Shown here one piece after another: positions 25,583 to 28,139 of a stretch of DNA of 28,139 nt. Origin of the DNA: Acidimicrobiales bacterium. Lineage in GTDB: Bacteria; Actinomycetota; Acidimicrobiia; Acidimicrobiales; CADCTF01. Positions within the stretch are counted from its first letter, which is position 1. Every line of letters begins with the position of its first letter. The notes beneath the pieces were generated by a model. The model ran no database searches. It saw only the letters and a program-made list of their open reading frames with translations, and was not told the DNA's origin. The stretch lies in NCBI GenBank assembly GCA_051002495.1, contig JBPCMH010000223.1, positions 1 through 28,139 of the forward strand, in the 5' to 3' direction. A program made the position numbers and the translations under genes.

Positions 25583-25622
25583 GCCAGATCCGGCGAGAAC
25601 GAACCGGCTGACGGGCCTTGGC

Positions 25623-25641
25623 ACCGGCGTGTCACACCGGT
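25623..25641. promoter_or_regulatory. 19-bp imperfect palindrome ACCGGCGTGTCACACCGGT overlapping the TGTCAC element
   Basis: Reverse complement is ACCGGTGTGACACGCCGGT, so 16 of 19 positions match. Confidence 0.4.
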
Positions 25642-25651
25642 CTGCGACCAT
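25630..25651 (+). promoter_or_regulatory. Putative internal DNA-damage-inducible promoter (TGTCAC-N10-GACCAT) upstream of mre11
   Basis: Lies in the only sizeable gap (75 bp) of the four-gene operon; ATG is 6 nt downstream; same hexamer and spacing as before nurA. Confidence 0.45.
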
Positions 25652-25657
25652 GAGGTC

Positions 25658-26773
25658 ATGAAGGTTGCTGCCATCGGCGACGCCCACCTGGGCCGCTCGT
25701 ATCTCAACGTCGTCTCCGACGCGGGCATCAACCAGCGCGAGCACGACTTCGAGTTGTCGTTCTCCGCTGCCGTCGACCTCGCCCTGGCCCAAGAGCCCGA
25801 CGTCATCGTGTGGCTCGGCGACATCTTCGACCATCCTCGACCGAGTTATCGGTCGTATCGGGTCGCCCAGCGGGCGTTGGGCAAGATTCGCGACCACGGC
25901 GTGCCGTTGGCGCTGATCACCGGAAACCACGACACCCCCCGCCTTCCTGGCACCGGCAGCCCGTACTCACCCCTGGCCGATGCCTTCCCGGAGATGCACT
26001 TCGCACACCGGCTCTCCTATGAGCGTTTCGAACTGGCTGGCCTGGTTATCCATGCCGTCCCCCAGATGATGACCGTCGAGGCCACCCTCGACGCCCTAGC
26101 CGAGGCCGACCGCCAGCGCAGCGCCGACAAGTCAAACCTGCTCCTGACCCATCCCCGCATCACCCAGGTCGAGCCGCGCTATGCCGACATCAACGAGATC
26201 GAGGTCGACGCGTCAGTTCTGAAGAGCGACTTCGTGCTGCTTGGCCACTACCACTTCCACACCAAGGTCCGCGAGGGCATCTGGTACGCGGGATCCACCG
26301 ACACCTTCACTTTCGCCGACGACCCTGACAAGGCAAAGGGCATCCTGGTGCTCGACACCGACACCGGCGACTGTCGCCACGTTCCGCTCGCCGATCAGCG
26401 ACCGATGGTCACGCTCGACACCATCGAAGCCATCGGTCTCGGTCACAAGGAGTTGGCCGAGTTGGTGCTCAGCCGCGCCGCCTCCGCACCGGACGGATGC
26501 GTGGCCCGCCTCTACATCGACGGCGTCGACCCGGAGGCCTACCGCCTGCTCGACGTGGAGGAGATTCGGGCGGCCTCGGCGCAGACGCTCCACCTCAAGT
26601 TGGAGCCCTCGTTCATGGGCGTCACGGTGCCGGTCGAGCTGCCAGAGATGGACTCCATGCCCGCCCGGTGGGATCGCTACATGGAAGATCAGGATCTAAC
26701 CGGCTACGACCGAGAGAAGGTCAAGTCGCTCGGGCACGACTACCTGTCCCGCGCGGTGGAGTCGGCCGGCTGA
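25658..26773 (+). CDS. mre11: Mre11/SbcD-type DNA repair metallophosphoesterase nuclease
   Basis: Five phosphoesterase motifs: GDAHLG, GDIFD, GNHD, LTH and GHYH. The stop overlaps the rad50 start (TGATG). Confidence 0.92.
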   Translation: MKVAAIGDAHLGRSYLNVVSDAGINQREHDFELSFSAAVDLALAQEPDVIVWLGDIFDHPRPSYRSYRVAQRALGKIRDHGVPLALITGNHDTPRLPGTGSPYSPLADAFPEMHFAHRLSYERFELAGLVIHAVPQMMTVEATLDALAEADRQRSADKSNLLLTHPRITQVEPRYADINEIEVDASVLKSDFVLLGHYHFHTKVREGIWYAGSTDTFTFADDPDKAKGILVLDTDTGDCRHVPLADQRPMVTLDTIEAIGLGHKELAELVLSRAASAPDGCVARLYIDGVDPEAYRLLDVEEIRAASAQTLHLKLEPSFMGVTVPVELPEMDSMPARWDRYMEDQDLTGYDREKVKSLGHDYLSRAVESAG

Positions 26774-28139
26774 TGCTGATCCATCGCCTCTACCTCCGCA
26801 ACTACCGGGTCTACGAAGACGAGCTCGACCTCGCCCTGCCCGGAGGATTGGTCGGCATCTTCGGGCCCAACGGCGCGGGCAAGAGCGCCCTCATTGAGAG
26901 CATCCGCTGGACGCTGTGGGGCAAGAGCCGCACCGACAAGAAGGAGATCCGCACCTCCGGCGTCAACGCCGATTGCATCACCGAGGTCGAGTTTGAGCAC
27001 GAGGGCCACCTGTACCTGGTCCGTCGCACCATCTCCGGCGTGGGCCACACCGTGAAGGCAGAGGTGCACGCCGACGGCAACATCGTCAACGAGGGCGTGA
27101 ACGACGTGAAGCGCTATCTCGAGTCGGTGCTGGGCATGGACGACACGGCATTTCGCGCGTCGGTCTTCGCCGAACAAAAGCAACTGGCCTCCTTCAGCAC
27201 CGACGTCCGACCCGAGCAGCGTCGCCAGCTCGTGTTGGCGTTGCTTGGGATCACGCCGCTCGAGGGTGCCCGCGACCTGGCCCGGAAGGATGCCAGGGAG
27301 GCCAAAGACCGATACGACCGGCTGCGCGGCTTGCTGGCCGACGTCGAGGCACTGCAGATGGCCGCGGAGATGGCCGACGCCAAGGCGGTCACGGCTGAGG
27401 CTGAGGCCGAGACCGAGGCAGAGGTCGCCGGCACGGCCAAGGAGCGCGTGGGCGGCGCCGAGGCCGCGGTGGAGGCGCTGGAGGCGGCGCGGCGCGAATA
27501 CGACGAGATCGTCGCCGACGGCAAGGCGGCCCGTTCTGAGGCGGAGCGCGCGGCCAAGAAGGTGGATGCCCTCACCATCGAGGTGGCCGAGCTCGACGGG
27601 CTGGAGCAGCGCATCGCGGAGTTGCGGCCGAGAGCCGACGGCCTCGATGCCGCGCAGGCGCGGCTGTCGATGGTGGAGCGCGTCGTCGAAGCCGAGGAGG
27701 CACTGAGGGGCGTCGCCGTCGGCGATGAACCACCGGTTCCCGACACGGATGGCCTGGCCGACGCTCAGCGCGGAGCCGAGCAGGCTGCAGCCGCGTTGGC
27801 CGAGACGATGGGGGCGTTGTTGGGGGCGCGAGAGCAAGTGAAGCGAGTCGAGCTGGCCCTGGCCCGGGCGGCGGAGGCCTCCGCCGATGACGTATGCCCC
27901 ACGTGTGGGCAAGCGCTGGGTGATGCCTTCGCCCAGGTACGGGCCCACCGCCAGGACGAGGTCGAGGCTGAGCGCGACCGGGTCGGCGCCCTTGAGGCAC
28001 GCCAGGTCGACGACAAAGAGGCCGCGGCGGCGGCCGCCGAGGCGTTGCGGCAAGCGACCGCGACAATCCGCCAGGCCGAACAAGCGCGCCGCGCGTGGGA
28101 GCAAGCGGCCACCCGGAAGGCCGAGGTGCAGGCCCGCTT
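26773..28139 (+). CDS. rad50: Rad50/SbcC SMC-like ATPase, N-terminal part (runs off the right edge)
   Basis: Hand translation: MLIHRLYLRNYRVYEDELDLALPGGLVGIFGPNGAGKSALIESIRWTLWG..., Q-loop VFAEQKQ, long Ala/Glu-rich coiled coil and zinc-hook CPTCG at 27895-27909. Open to the window end; absent from the ORF track. Confidence 0.93.
   Translation, partial: MLIHRLYLRNYRVYEDELDLALPGGLVGIFGPNGAGKSALIESIRWTLWGKSRTDKKEIRTSGVNADCITEVEFEHEGHLYLVRRTISGVGHTVKAEVHADGNIVNEGVNDVKRYLESVLGMDDTAFRASVFAEQKQLASFSTDVRPEQRRQLVLALLGITPLEGARDLARKDAREAKDRYDRLRGLLADVEALQMAAEMADAKAVTAEAEAETEAEVAGTAKERVGGAEAAVEALEAARREYDEIVADGKAARSEAERAAKKVDALTIEVAELDGLEQRIAELRPRADGLDAAQARLSMVERVVEAEEALRGVAVGDEPPVPDTDGLADAQRGAEQAAAALAETMGALLGAREQVKRVELALARAAEASADDVCPTCGQALGDAFAQVRAHRQDEVEAERDRVGALEARQVDDKEAAAAAAEALRQATATIRQAEQARRAWEQAATRKAEVQAR

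Noticed and set aside
24047-28104. Minus-strand ORFs 24047..25189 and 26740..28104
   Set aside because: Shadows of herA and rad50, whose plus-strand frames carry clear motifs.
1-28139. tRNA, rRNA, CRISPR array, IS/integrase, strong intrinsic terminators
   Set aside because: None recognised; intergenic gaps are short and I saw no spaced repeats or hairpin-plus-U-tract. A covariance-model search was not run.

Overview
High-GC bacterial chromosomal window, almost certainly from Actinomycetota because it encodes a WhiB protein; Acidimicrobiia-like is my impression only. I found no tRNA, rRNA, CRISPR array or mobile element. Left to right it holds: the end of a surface-glycan cluster (partial GT4 glycosyltransferase, coiled-coil SAM methyltransferase, FkbM methyltransferase); a small membrane protein; trpD; an acyl-CoA dehydrogenase; a whiB gene that must use a non-canonical CTG start; a Zn-ribbon/Pro-rich membrane protein; a translationally coupled operon of CaCA antiporter, glpD, alkyl-DHAP-synthase-like flavoprotein and GlpK-like kinase with an altered pocket (candidate glycerol-ether lipid pathway); a moxR-DUF58-transglutaminase triad; Ku plus a stand-alone LigD polymerase domain; a heterodimeric ABC exporter; and, transcribed divergently, an archaeal-style nurA-herA-mre11-rad50 end-resection operon (rad50 is cut by the window edge). 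The most notable signals are (i) the four-gene NurA-HerA-Mre11-Rad50 set in a bacterium, about 3.9 kb from Ku/LigD, (ii) a shared TGTCAC-N10-(C/G)ANNNT-N5/6-ATG element in front of both nurA and mre11, resembling PafBC/RecA-NDp DNA-damage promoters, and (iii) the putative ether-lipid operon. Three real genes (GT4, whiB, rad50) are missing from the supplied ORF track. All family assignments come from motif recognition by eye; no database search was run.
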